From assembly GCA_964016885.1 (NCBI GenBank), contig OZ024746.1, positions 86,118,001 to 86,182,000 on the forward strand: a stretch of DNA of 64,000 bases, given 5' to 3'. Of this stretch, positions 13,861 to 25,120 are shown piece by piece. The stretch is from Eledone cirrhosa. Its lineage: Eukaryota. The stretch's first letter is position 1. Each line of letters begins with the position of its first letter. Below the pieces are notes generated by a model. That model was given only the letters and a program-made list of their open reading frames with translations. It was not told where the DNA came from and made no database searches. A program made the translations under genes and the position numbers.

Positions 13861-14457
13861 TATGCTTTGACGCATAGAGTTACGCCCCTTCCCATTCTGA
13901 GTCCAAATCCCGCCGAGGTTAACTTTGCCTTTCATCCTTACGGGGTCGATAAAATAAAGTACCAGTAATACACTGGGATAATTGCTGGCCTTGTGCCAAA
14001 ACTAGAAACAATTATTATAATATATGGGAGGGCGGTCGATTGGCAGTATCGGTAGAGGGTCGGACGCTATGCTTTGCAGCATAGAGTTTCGGCCCTTTAT
14101 GATCTGAGTTCAAAACCCGCCCAGGTTAACTTTGCCTTTCATCCTTACGAGGTCGATAAAATAAAGTACCAGTCATGCACTGGGGCTCATTTAACAGACT
14201 GTCCTCTCCCCCTTCAAATTGCTAGCCTTGTACCTTAATCAGAAACAATTATTACAATAGGGCGGTGGATTGGCAGTATCGGTAGAGGGTCAGACGCCAT
14301 GCTTCACAGCATAGAGTTTCGGCCCTTTATGATCTAAGTTCAAATCCCGCCGAGATTAACTTTGCCTTTTATCCTTACGGGATCGATAAAATAAAGTACC
14401 AGTAATACACTGAAATTATTGCTGGCCTTGTGCCAAAAGTAGAAACAATTATTACAA
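13861..14457 (+). mobile_element. Three tandem copies of tRNA-derived SINE family A
   Basis: A-box-like TGGCAGTATCGG, B-box GTTCAAATCC, core ACTTTGCCTTTCATCCTTACGGGGTCGATAAA, tail GGCCTTGTGCC..AGAAACAATTATTA. Confidence 0.88.
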
Positions 14458-14561
14458 TATAAGGGACACGCACGTACAATCACGGAAGCTACCGGGGTTA
14501 TAGCTCCCTCACTCATCAAATTCTCCATAAAAATAAAATAAGATAATAGTGATTTATAGTA

Positions 14562-14760
14562 TAAGCACAAGGCCAGTAATTGGTTGTAAAAGTCGATTAA
14601 ATCGACCCCAGTACGTTACTGGTGCTTTATTTTATCGACCCCGTAAGGGTGAAAGGCAAAATTAACTTCGGCGGGATTTGAACTCATACCGTAAAGTACC
14701 GTAACTCTATGCTGCAAAGCATGGCATCCGACCCTCTACCGATACTGCTAGTCCGCCACC
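14562..14760 (-). mobile_element. SINE family A copy
   Basis: Family A core on the reverse strand, tail-to-tail with the tandem trio. Confidence 0.85.
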
Positions 14761-15164
14761 CAGACATTGATAAATAATTGTGAGATATAATATAAAAACT
14801 TATTTCGCTATTTTCACAACTCTAATTTGGCTTACTATACGTCCTGCATTCGCTGAAATTGTCCCGCTCTCTCATTCGGTTTACTAATTTGCCCCTCTTT
14901 ACGCTGAATTGTCCCAAAAGTCTCTTATATTGATTAAAAGGCATAAACCCAAACGGAAAGAAGCTTAAACTCTGCATAATATCCTAACTTCACGTTGACA
15001 GAAATTATTTTTTTCATGACCTTTATCTCTTTGTTTGTATACACCCAAACAATGACGTACCTGTTCGATAAAATGTTTAGTATTTTTTCAGACAATAAGA
15101 TTTTGTTTTAGTGACACACTTCCCGGAATTTGTTTCCTTATAACTTTCTTAATAATGTATATTT

Positions 15165-15357
15165 CAGACTTGCCAACCTCTAAAAGCTCAAGCGGAGAGT
15201 ACCATGAAAGAAAGTGCCCCCAAACGGAGAGAAATGAGGCAAAATGGAGATTTTACATAATGAAAGCTATACCCATTTTCACGAGAGAAGACATCTCTCA
15301 CCTACCCCAAAGTGGGTGGGAGATCTCCCCGCCGGACGGTGAGAGTTGACAGGTCTG
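15165..15357. mobile_element. MITE with CAGAC termini
   Basis: TIRs CAGACTTGCCAAC and GTTGACAGGTCTG, flanked by a direct repeat ATATTT. Confidence 0.7.
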
Positions 15358-15532
15358 ATATTTTAAATGGAATTTTAAAGAGGTACATCCTCGACGGTGT
15401 AGAAGAAAATTTTTTTTTTCTAATTCAAAAAGTAAAATAAATTAAAATATTTTTCATAATATAGAAAACCCTCAAATAGTCGCCACTTGAAGTATGTTAA
15501 GAGTAAAATAAATTTACTAGGAAAGCAAGATA

Positions 15533-15704
15533 ACATCCATGAGCTTGGCTGGTCTCTTTTGGGGATCTAGCCAGATCAGTTGGAGATGGTTGCTTCTGCA
15601 AGACCCGCTGGAAGGAGTGTTTAAGGACTCTGCCCACCACGACCCTCTCATGAAGAAGAAGAAGAAGAAGAAGAAGAAGAAGAAGAAGAAGAAGAAGAAG
15701 AAGA
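15533..15704 (+). mobile_element. 3'-end fragment of the same RTE family
   Basis: Similar to 63475-63672 and ends in (GAA)n. Confidence 0.8.
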
Positions 15705-15917
15705 ATTCATGAAAAGATAGGTGTTAAGATTTTTATAGTAAAAAATGACCTTGATGGTTACATTAAAAGGTTTTACTGCGTTATATTAATCAAACGCTGT
15801 TGTGATTATAAATTCTACAAAGTTATCAGATATTTTGTTAAATATAGTTAAATATATATGCATGGCTTACCATATGCCTCAGCTTGGTCGGGAATGCCCT
15901 GGGCTTAAAATGTCGTA

Positions 15918-15979
<62 letters not shown>

Positions 15980-15980
15980 A

Positions 15981-16028
<48 letters not shown>

Positions 16029-16213
16029 CAAAGGAATTGTGGTAAGGAACCAGATGGACCATAACACACCAGAGTACTCAATACTTAGGGTAGTAGGGTG
16101 GGAATAGGAAAAAGTATGACCCCGACGGCAGAGCTCAAGCCGTTTCGACGGGTATTTCTGGACTGAAATAGCCGTCGAAACGGCTTGAGCTCTGCCGTCG
16201 GGGTAATACTTTT

Positions 16214-16392
<179 letters not shown>

Positions 16393-16394
16393 AC

Positions 16395-16706
16395 TTCAAA
16401 ATACTAATAAATATAGACATTCATGTGATAAAATGTATTTTATTATACATATTTCAGAGGTACTGAGCTATTTCATCAGTATGTCCTCATCAGATAAAAT
16501 ATATTGATGTCTGACATACCTCAACTGTGCTGATGTTTCAATTCCAGTCTTAGCAGTCTTGAAACATCAGCACAGTTAAGGTATGTCAGACATCAATTTA
16601 TTTTATATGATGAGGACGTACTGATGAAATAGCTCAGTACCTCTGAAATATGTATAATAAAATACATTTGATCACATGAATGTCTATATTTATTAATATT
16701 TTGAAA
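16395..16706. repeat. ~310-bp palindrome with a hammerhead in each arm
   Basis: Arms about 16395-16540 and 16559-16706. The right arm continues to about 16805, matching 6740-6935. Confidence 0.92.
16437..16501 (-). ncRNA. Type I hammerhead ribozyme motif (intact core) in left arm of palindrome
   Basis: Reverse strand reads tattttat-CTGATGA-ggacatactga tgaaatagc tcagtacctct-GAAA-tatgt-ATA-ataaaata, with an 8-bp stem I. The plus-strand partner at 16599-16664 has ATGATGA. Confidence 0.8.
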
Positions 16707-17091
16707 TAATATTAATAACTCCAGAAAACCTCTATGTTGAGTGCTTCTAATCTATTGTAAAACTTTATTCATTGATTAATCAATGAACCTTGATAAATTT
16801 TTGGTTATATATATATATATAATATGTATATATATGTGTATATATATATATGCATGTAAAAGATAAAAATATATAACAAAAATAACAAAGTAAACGGCAC
16901 AATATTCGGAAGAAATATAGTCGTTTAACGCTTGAAATAGCAGGAAGAAAGTTTTAACGTTTCGTACACTAGTCATTTATCAGAAGATAGAGTTAGAAAT
17001 AGAAGATAAATATAAAGTAAAGAGTGATGAAAGGAAGGAACGAAGAGAATAAAAAAAAGTGGGGTAGAAAAATTACATGCTTATTCACTCT

Positions 17092-17145
<54 letters not shown>

Positions 17146-17260
17146 ATAATAATAAATTTCAAGACTAAAATCCCAAAGGGCTCGATAAGGATAAATATAT
17201 ATCAAATATATAAGAACCGTAGACCAAATATTGAAGTTTGCTTGAAGCATTGTGGAATAA

Positions 17261-17800
17261 GATTTATTTTCATTTGGTCGTTTTGGAAGCCTCAACAATG
17301 CAGATGGGTAATTCTCTGGGTAACAGGATCAGGTGGTGAAGAGAGAGATGTAAGTGAATGTAGAATGAGATGTGTAGCGTGTAGAAGAACGTAGGAAAGA
17401 GTGTAAAAAATAAAAATAATAACACGAGATAGAGTTACCTTGGGAGAGATTTAATTGTTCCTATATTTCGGATTCACATCCATCAACTGGGGGTGTTTCG
17501 GGGGGGGGGAGGTTATCTGTCGGAGAGGAGCGATACGTGTCCTCTCCGACAGATAACCTCCCCCCCGGAACCCCCCCAGTTGATGGATGTGAATCCGAAA
17601 TATAGGGACAATTAAATTTCTCCCAAGGTAACTCTCTCTCGTGTTATTTTTTATTTTTTACACTCTTTCCTACGTTCTTCTACACACTATACATCTCATT
17701 CTACATTCACTTACATCTCTCTCTTCACCACCGGATCTTGTTACCCAGAGAATTACCCATTTGCATTGTTGAGGCTTCCAAAACGACCAAAAGAAAATAA

Positions 17801-17803
<3 letters not shown>
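17261..17803. repeat. ~540-bp imperfect palindrome
   Basis: Arms are reverse-complementary around a ~10-nt loop near 17530-17539. Contains a hammerhead-like remnant ggat-gtga-atcc-GAAA-tata. Confidence 0.92.
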
Positions 17804-17870
<67 letters not shown>

Positions 17871-17871
<1 letters not shown>

Positions 17872-18160
17872 TTATTTATTAAAATAACAGATTAAAGTTT
17901 AAGCAAAGAATCGCTGCTTTCACCCTTAACGGGATCTTCTGAAACTAAAAGAATCAATCTGTGAACGCTCGAAATATTTACTTCTGCGTTCACAGATTGA
18001 TTTCTTTAGTTTCAGAAGATCCCGTTAAGGGTGAAAGCAGCGATTCTTTGCTTAAACTTTAATCTGTTATTTTAATAAATATTTGCTCTACGGTTCTTAT
18101 ATATTTGATATATATTTATCCTTATCGAGCCCTCTTTGGATTTTAGTCTTCGAATTTATT
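17871..18160. repeat. Fold-back repeat family (also 35431-35649; 3' ends only at about 12885-12980, 17141-17230, 44869-44956, 49345-49460)
   Basis: Palindrome 17871-18082 plus a unique 3' extension (gctctacggttcttatatatttgat...tagtcttc) seen in six places, always next to TA/ATT microsatellites. Confidence 0.9.
18008..18058 (+). ncRNA. Putative variant hammerhead (core CAGAAGA)
   Basis: agttt-CAGAAGA-t ccc gttaa ggg t-GAAA-gca(9 nt)tgc-TT-aaact. All three helices can form. The same core occurs at about 17900-17946 (-) and 35577-35625 (+). Confidence 0.5.
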
Positions 18161-18175
18161 ATTATTATTATTATT

Positions 18176-19150
18176 ATGGAATGTTGCCAGGCACTTACTG
18201 CCCTCTACCAAGCGGGAAATGCGATCAGTGGAACTTCCACTCTCGAGTTCTATAGAGGATTAGTGGTGGGCAAGTGCGATGACGCACTCGGAGAAGCTTT
18301 GGGCCTCGACGAAGTCGAACTGACCAGTCTGTACCGGAGGACTTTTGAGCCGGGGACGATGGACAATTTCCAGAAATCCCTCGCTTGGCAGTGCTACCGG
18401 GGGACACTGCCGGTTCGGGATAAACTCTACAGGCACGGAAGTGCTGTCAGACTGACCTGCTCAAGATGCGCACAGAACGACGAAACCGTTCTGCACGCAC
18501 TTGTCCAATGTCCGTGCATTACTGACTTGTGGAGTTATGTCGAACAGCTACTGTCGCGTGTGGTATGAATCCGGCTATCGGCCGAGTCCATAGTGAAGAT
18601 CGATCCACCGCCTTCCTTAGGTCAGGAAGAGCAGGAAATTTTCCTCTGTCTGATGGCAGTTGCGAAAGAGATTATATGGTGGACCAGGTTGAAAGGACTA
18701 AAGACAGACACTTTTCTCTTCGGCCAATCCCTCATCAACTTCTTCAAGTTTCCCCTGGAAAGGAAGGTGAGGGTGGAGAGAGAAGTGCTGCCCCCAGTAC
18801 ATTTGCTAAAAGGTGGGTGAATGTGGCGAGAATGGCTCGTGTGAATGGGCCTACTCTGACCATGCGCTTATAGGCTAGCTAACTTGAGGAGAGGGGTGCT
18901 CTCCCTGGGTGCTCTAGAAACGCAGGGTGGTTCAGGATTGGTGGGGTACCCGAGTCACCCCAGGGTCGTCCACCCCCTATCGGGGAATTTATTTTGTTAT
19001 ATTTATGCATAGTTTATTTTATATTTTTATATTTTCATCGTTAAATTAGTCTTGCCATTGTGCACTTTTACTCGACCTTATTGTAAACCCCCACTGTCCC
19101 TGTCTTTGTATTGTCCCCTACATGTCGGCCCTTGTGGCTAATAAATGAAA
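18176..19150 (+). mobile_element. 5'-truncated copy of the Tx1-like LINE family (ORF2 C-terminus + 3' UTR)
   Basis: Translates to ECCQALTAL...MDNFQKSLAWQCYRG.LPVRDKLYRHG...RMARVNGPTL, homologous to 24420-25120, with a stop and a frameshift. AATAAA and (ATT)n tail present, (ATT)n also upstream. Confidence 0.93.
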
Positions 19151-19565
19151 TTATTATTATTATTATTATTGTTATTACTCTTTGAGTCTCAGTCATTGAT
19201 GTTAGTTAACTGGAAAGTTTGTTGAAATGAATATCAAGCCACTACCTGCAGCCTCAGATATTCTATTATTCTTATTATTCTTATTATTATTACAGTTGCA
19301 TTTATCTTGCTTTATGTTCATACGAGTTATTATTATTATTATTATTATTATTGAATGCCATGGTTGACGGAGGCTCGGCTCTGTAAGGTATAGTAATTTT
19401 TAACCGTTAAAACAATTGTAAATTGTTTAAAACTTGAACCAAATTGTTGATAAAGACACCCTCCTCCTCGTGAGAGGGGTCTTTCTGTCCGTTATTTGGC
19501 CCTTCGGGGTTAAATAGCCAGTTATTGGGGTTTTGTACCCAAAATTTCATTTTAAACAAAAAAAC

Positions 19566-21665
19566 ATGGCTACCAAAAAAAAAAAATTTCATACGTCACT
19601 CCCACTCATTCCGTCTTCTTCTTCCTCAATCATCACTACAGGAGAGAGAAGATTGTCTCTCTCCCTCCCTTCTTTAAATGTGTCTCTCTCCCTACCTTCT
19701 CTTTCGCAAGCGACGAAAGAAAAGAAAAGTCTCGTGCAAAGCGTGCAAGGTTTCTCCACGACGACGACGACAGCGACGAAACAGGTGTGCGGGAAATACG
19801 AAAACCCAGTTCATTCGTCTGACGTCAGGAATAATAGCAGTAGCAGCCGTAATAACAACAGCAACAGTGACAATGAAAACAACAGTAGCAGCCGCAACAG
19901 CATCACCAGCAGCATAAACAACAACAGCATTAGCAGCAGCAACACCAACAACAACCACAGCAACAGCGGCGGAGGCAGTAGTCGTAGTACCTGCAGCAAC
20001 AACAAAAGTACCAGCAGCTCTGACGACAACAACAACAGCAGAGAAAAACCAATCTCATTTGCAGGTATTGCGAAAAACCTGGAAACAATCCTCATAACAA
20101 ATGAGGAATTAGAGGAAGCGAAGAAGATGGTGACAAAGAACGGACACCGAGCAATCTGCAAGGCAGCGAAAAATTTTTTCGAAACCCAAGAGCACTGTAC
20201 GGTCACGTACCGTACAGTAAGTACAAAATCCCGTAGGGTGGAAAGAGCCACAGAGGCCCAAATACAAAAAGCCTTGGGGTCTGTGTGGCAGAGGAAAACG
20301 CACATCACCCGAGGCAAAAAATACGCCACCGTAGACGTACTTTTTGCCACACCCCAGGAGGCAAAGGCCCAATCAGTAGTGACCCTAAGGAGCGAGGAAA
20401 TGGTGTTGGTGCCCTCCTACTGCGGGCAAAAAATTGTGAGGGTCAAACTGACCCACGTCCCCCCCGGAATGACCCCTTCTTGGCTGGCCGCGTCTGTCCT
20501 CGTCGGAATCGAGGACAAAACAACTGTACTGCAAGTACAGAAAAAAGTAAGAGAAGATTGGGTCGGCTCCTCCATTGAGATGCTAATCCAAACCAACCAG
20601 GAGTGCATCGAAGCTATCCCGGATGTGATAGACTTCGATAACGGCACTCAACTGCCCATAAGTGTTGAGGGCAAACGCCCGAAATGCTTTCGCTGTGGAT
20701 CGAAGACTCACCTCAGGGCCTTCTGCAACGAGAAGACCCTGAGAAAGGAGAAAACCCCCCTCCTCCCGAATCCGGTTCCACGGCTACCAGCAACAGGACA
20801 AGCGGCAACCAGGAACGATAGGTCCGTGGCACCCATACCCACTCCACGGAAATCAAAGACAGCAGCAGCAGTGGAAATATTAACAACAACAACAGCAATA
20901 CCAAATGCAGCTGCAACAGAGACTCCAGTGCAAACATCACCAACAACAACAAGTGAAAGAGTGGAGCTGGTACCCCTCCCCGACCTTACAGAATCAGACA
21001 TGGAGTGTGAGGTGGGAGAGGGATGGCAAAAGGTCTCAAGAAGGCACAAACGCAGAAGCAGCGCATCGTCGCCTTTGAAAAGGGAGGAAAGAAATGAGAA
21101 AAGGGTAAAGTCTACTGCAAAGAGACCCACAGCAGCAACACCACCAACACCATCACCACCCACACCAGCACCACCATCACCACCGGCGACAACCCCACCG
21201 CCAACAACACCTTCAACACCACCACCACAAGCACCAACATCGCAAACACAACAACAAAACACACACACCCAGCAACAACGACAAGAAAATAGCAGAACCA
21301 CACCCCACCCCCAGAAAAACAAATGCACGGCAATAAACACACACAACAAGAAACTAATGACTTACATAATTGAACACACAGACATTTCACAACAGGACTA
21401 CATAATACCAGCACCAATCAAAACGCCAACTAACATAAGACTGCTAAAAATAGCACAGAAACAATACACAAACATTAAAACGAAATTCCCCAACGCAGTT
21501 GGTGATTTCAGGGACCTAGGAGGAACCATTAATCGAAGAGTATATTCAGACATTCTCTTAGAAGAGCCGACGACCAGCCGAAGGGACGATTCAACGGTCC
21601 CTTCACCAGACGATCAAGTGAAAAGGGATGTAAAAACCATCCCTCCTCTACCAAAAATACGGTAA
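19566..21665 (+). CDS. LINE ORF1 (gag-like nucleic-acid-binding protein with CCHC zinc knuckle)
   Basis: Open frame (track 19533-21665; first ATG at 19566, MATKKKKF). Zinc knuckle CFRCGSKTHLRAFC (CX2CX4HX4C), SFAGIAK motif, S/N-rich and P/T-rich low-complexity tracts. Confidence 0.88.
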   Translation: MATKKKKFHTSLPLIPSSSSSIITTGERRLSLSLPSLNVSLSLPSLSQATKEKKSLVQSVQGFSTTTTTATKQVCGKYENPVHSSDVRNNSSSSRNNNSNSDNENNSSSRNSITSSINNNSISSSNTNNNHSNSGGGSSRSTCSNNKSTSSSDDNNNSREKPISFAGIAKNLETILITNEELEEAKKMVTKNGHRAICKAAKNFFETQEHCTVTYRTVSTKSRRVERATEAQIQKALGSVWQRKTHITRGKKYATVDVLFATPQEAKAQSVVTLRSEEMVLVPSYCGQKIVRVKLTHVPPGMTPSWLAASVLVGIEDKTTVLQVQKKVREDWVGSSIEMLIQTNQECIEAIPDVIDFDNGTQLPISVEGKRPKCFRCGSKTHLRAFCNEKTLRKEKTPLLPNPVPRLPATGQAATRNDRSVAPIPTPRKSKTAAAVEILTTTTAIPNAAATETPVQTSPTTTSERVELVPLPDLTESDMECEVGEGWQKVSRRHKRRSSASSPLKREERNEKRVKSTAKRPTAATPPTPSPPTPAPPSPPATTPPPTTPSTPPPQAPTSQTQQQNTHTQQQRQENSRTTPHPQKNKCTAINTHNKKLMTYIIEHTDISQQDYIIPAPIKTPTNIRLLKIAQKQYTNIKTKFPNAVGDFRDLGGTINRRVYSDILLEEPTTSRRDDSTVPSPDDQVKRDVKTIPPLPKIR

Positions 21666-21700
21666 GTGGTCTTTCCCATCTTTTCCACTCTATTTTAAAC

Positions 21701-24700
21701 ATGACCTCACTCAGAATAGGCAGCATAAATGCGCGTGGCTTGGGGTCGTCATGGAAGCAGGGTCACCTGCTCAACGACCTCAGGTCACTAAACATAGATG
21801 TAGTGGCCATCAGCGAGACCAGAATCTCCGAAGCACGGGCCTTCGCACCGATCTTCGGCGGCTACGATGTGTACGCATCTCCCAGCCGTCCTGGATCGGG
21901 TGGAGGAGTTGCTGTGCTTTTTCGGAGAGGTTTGGATCTCGCCATACGGGCCATCTTCCTGGACCCAGAGGGTAAGCTGGTGGTGCTGGACGTGACCAGC
22001 GGAGACGGGCAAGCTTTCAGGCTAGTGGCCGTCTATGCCCCGACAGGAGCAGGGCGGCCTGATTTCTTCCGGCGTCTGGAGACCTTTCTTGGAACGTCGC
22101 GCTCTTTAGTGTTAGTGGGCGACTGGAACGGGATCTTAGATGCACGCTGGGACTGTGTGGGATTAGCGGATAGGGGTGGAGGGTGCAAGAGCCTCACCAA
22201 CCTGCTCAGGCGTTTTGAACTGTCTGACAGGTACCGATTGGATTTCCCGAATGTGCCAATGTGGACTTGGACAAACCGCATAGGGTCATCCAGATCATAT
22301 CTAGATAGAGTATTTTGTAGGGAAATAGATAGGTCTAGCATAGGCTGTCCACAATTCAAGATAGTCAGCTACACGGACCACAAATTCGTGATCTGTGTGC
22401 TTGACTTAGATAGGCTTCATAGACGAGGACCCGGCTACTGGAAGCTAAACGCGTCCTTACCAGCGCGCAAGGCCTACAGAGACCGGATTAGCGAACTAGT
22501 TAAGCGGGCGTTGACGGGGGCCATCGTCAACAACAAGTGGTGGTTTGCTCTGAAAAGAGCGATTAGAATAGAATCGATTAGGTTTAGTAAGGCTTTAGCA
22601 ATAGAGAAAAATAGAGCAGAGGGAGAACTAGTTAGAAAATTAGACGAGGCGCTTAGCAAAGGCATTGCGACCGACGTGCTTGCGGCGAAATTGGCCCTTG
22701 ACCAATTCTTCAATGCAAAGCACGAAGGCTGCGTTGTCAGAGCTAGGGTGCGTGCTCTCAGACACGAGGGGACGAAAGCCGTTCAATGGGCCCGAGTGGC
22801 GGAGGCGCGTCGTGGCAACAAAGCCACGATCCGGTCTTTGGTGGACCACGACGGGCGCATGCTACTCGATCCCGGGCAAATGTGTGAAGCTTTTCAGCGA
22901 CACTTCGCTCAGCTGTTCGGGGGCAGCGGGGGGCCGGGTAGAGGGATGGACTTTAGTGTCTACCTCGACGGACTGCCGCGGCTCTCGGCCACTGAGGCGA
23001 AGTGTTGCGAAAAGCCGATAACAGCCGCTGAAGTAAGGGAGGCAATGACTGGCTGCACAAGGGGTAAATCGCCTGGTTTGGATGGTCTGCCCTATGAACT
23101 TTACGTACAGATGCCAGACTTGTTCGGAGGCCTCTTGGCGGACGTCTACTGCAACTGGCAACAGAACGGGAGAATTCCCAGTTCTGTGAGCCGAGGAGCG
23201 GTGGCACTGCTGAGAAAGGATCCGAACAAGGGGGATAACATAGACAATTTCCGGCCCATAACTCTGCTAAACACAGAGTTTAAGATTTTGGCCAAGGTGC
23301 TAGCAAAGAGGTTGGCGCTTGTCGTTGGTGGTCTGGTGGGAGAGGCGCAGACATGCGCCATTCCCGACAGATCCATCCACGACAACCTCCACCTCATGCG
23401 ATACATCGTAGAGAGGGTAGCTAGGGAACCTGGCACGGGTGGGTCCTTGATCAATTTAGATCAGTCGAAAGCTTTCGATAGGGTCGACCATCGTTACCTA
23501 GCGGCAGTCCTGAGGGCGGCTGGCTTTGGGCCCGTCTTCAGAGGCTGGATCGCTGCCATGCACAGCGACATCTGCTCTGTGGTGAGAGTGAACGGTCACC
23601 TGTCAGAACCGTTCAACATCATGCGCTCGGTCCGCCAAGGATGTCCCCTCTCGTCCCTCTTGTACGTATTGACTCTCGAGCCATTACTGCACAAGCTGGA
23701 GACGTTGAGGGGAGTCCCGCGCGAACTAGGATGCGGAAGATCCGTGTCAGCATATGCGGACGATGTCACCGTAGTGGTGTCGAACGCCAAACACATCGAG
23801 GCGATCGGCACTACACTAAGAGAATACGAAGCGGTGACAGGAGCAATGATCAACCAGGAAAAGTCAGTGGGCCTGCAGCTCGGCACCTGGAGAGGCAGGT
23901 CCATGCCGTCCAACAGCGTCGTCGGGCGCTGGACGGACGGACCGGTTAAATTGCTAGGGGTCTGGTTCGGTCCGGACCTCCAGACGGACAAAAACTGGGA
24001 CGAGGTGACGAGCAGGGTGGCTTCTCTCACCCAGAAATGGGCGGAGAGGAAGCTATCCCTGAAAGGTCGAGCGGAGGTGGCTAACGCGTACATCGCGTCT
24101 GTCATCTGCTACCGCCTAACCGTCGTACCTTGTCCTAAGCCTCGCCTGACTGCGCTGGAGCGTTTGCTCTTTCGCTTTTTGTGGAAGGGACGTGCTCCGA
24201 TGGTCAGGCGGTCCATCTGTTGTCAACACCCGCTACGTGGAGGGCTGGGCATGCCGTGGCTGATGATGCGCAGGCACGCGCTCAGGCTACGACATCTCCA
24301 CCTCTTCCTCGACGGTGATCAGGTGTGGTCGCCGTTTGCTAGACGCGTTTTTCCCCAGCTCGTTTCCTTGACGGAGCTGCAGTCCTGGGTCAAGCGAAGA
24401 CCGAGAGGGAGCGCCTGGAGACTGGAATGTCTTCAGGCGCTCACAGCCCTCGACCAATCGGGCAATGTGATCGGTGGAAACTCCACCTCGGCGTTCTATA
24501 GAGGATTAGTGGAGGGGAAGAGCGACGACGTACTTGGGGAAACTCTAGGCGTCGACGAAAATCAACTAGCCAATCTCTTCGGAAGAACCTTCGGGCCGGG
24601 GCCTATGGACAACTTCCAGAAATCTCTGGCCTGGCAGTGCTACCGAGGAGCCTTGCCAGTTCGGGATAAACTCTACAGGCATGGAGGTGCCGTCAGCCGG

Positions 24701-25120
24701 GCATGTCCGAGATGCGCGCAGGGCGACGAAACCGTCCTGCACGCACTCGTCCAGTGTCCGAAAATTGCTGACTTGTGGGTTTATGTCGAACACCTGCTGT
24801 CGCGTTTAGGACGGATCCAGCTATCATCTGAGTCTATCGTGAGGATTGCCCCGCCCTCCTCCTTTAGCCGGGAAGGGCAGGCAGTTTTTATCTGTCTGGT
24901 GGCCATGGCGAAAGAGATAGTATGGTGGACACGTTTGAAAGGGCTGAAGACGAGCACTTACCTCTTCGGTGATGCTCTGATTGACTTTTTCAAATTTCAT
25001 TTGAAAAGGAAAATCAGAGTAGAGAAGGAAGTGCTCTCTTCCCAGCATTTTGTTGAAAGATGGGTGAGAGAAGCAAGAATGGCCCGAGTGAATGGGCCGA
25101 CTCTGAGTATATATCTGTAA
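21701..25120 (+). CDS. LINE ORF2: apurinic-type endonuclease + reverse transcriptase + C-terminal zinc-binding region (Tx1/L1 clade)
   Basis: 1139 aa, uninterrupted. APE motifs SINARGL, ISET, VYAP, GDWN, YLDR, TDH, then GYWKLN. RT motifs KSPGLDG, FRPITLLN, LDQSKAFDRVDH, VRQGCPLS, YADD. C-terminal CPRC...ETVLHALVQC. Confidence 0.96.
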   Translation: MTSLRIGSINARGLGSSWKQGHLLNDLRSLNIDVVAISETRISEARAFAPIFGGYDVYASPSRPGSGGGVAVLFRRGLDLAIRAIFLDPEGKLVVLDVTSGDGQAFRLVAVYAPTGAGRPDFFRRLETFLGTSRSLVLVGDWNGILDARWDCVGLADRGGGCKSLTNLLRRFELSDRYRLDFPNVPMWTWTNRIGSSRSYLDRVFCREIDRSSIGCPQFKIVSYTDHKFVICVLDLDRLHRRGPGYWKLNASLPARKAYRDRISELVKRALTGAIVNNKWWFALKRAIRIESIRFSKALAIEKNRAEGELVRKLDEALSKGIATDVLAAKLALDQFFNAKHEGCVVRARVRALRHEGTKAVQWARVAEARRGNKATIRSLVDHDGRMLLDPGQMCEAFQRHFAQLFGGSGGPGRGMDFSVYLDGLPRLSATEAKCCEKPITAAEVREAMTGCTRGKSPGLDGLPYELYVQMPDLFGGLLADVYCNWQQNGRIPSSVSRGAVALLRKDPNKGDNIDNFRPITLLNTEFKILAKVLAKRLALVVGGLVGEAQTCAIPDRSIHDNLHLMRYIVERVAREPGTGGSLINLDQSKAFDRVDHRYLAAVLRAAGFGPVFRGWIAAMHSDICSVVRVNGHLSEPFNIMRSVRQGCPLSSLLYVLTLEPLLHKLETLRGVPRELGCGRSVSAYADDVTVVVSNAKHIEAIGTTLREYEAVTGAMINQEKSVGLQLGTWRGRSMPSNSVVGRWTDGPVKLLGVWFGPDLQTDKNWDEVTSRVASLTQKWAERKLSLKGRAEVANAYIASVICYRLTVVPCPKPRLTALERLLFRFLWKGRAPMVRRSICCQHPLRGGLGMPWLMMRRHALRLRHLHLFLDGDQVWSPFARRVFPQLVSLTELQSWVKRRPRGSAWRLECLQALTALDQSGNVIGGNSTSAFYRGLVEGKSDDVLGETLGVDENQLANLFGRTFGPGPMDNFQKSLAWQCYRGALPVRDKLYRHGGAVSRACPRCAQGDETVLHALVQCPKIADLWVYVEHLLSRLGRIQLSSESIVRIAPPSSFSREGQAVFICLVAMAKEIVWWTRLKGLKTSTYLFGDALIDFFKFHLKRKIRVEKEVLSSQHFVERWVREARMARVNGPTLSIYL

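Noticed and set aside
14027-14130. tRNA gene
   Set aside because: A and B boxes belong to a multi-copy SINE head. No cloverleaf, and the SINE body follows.
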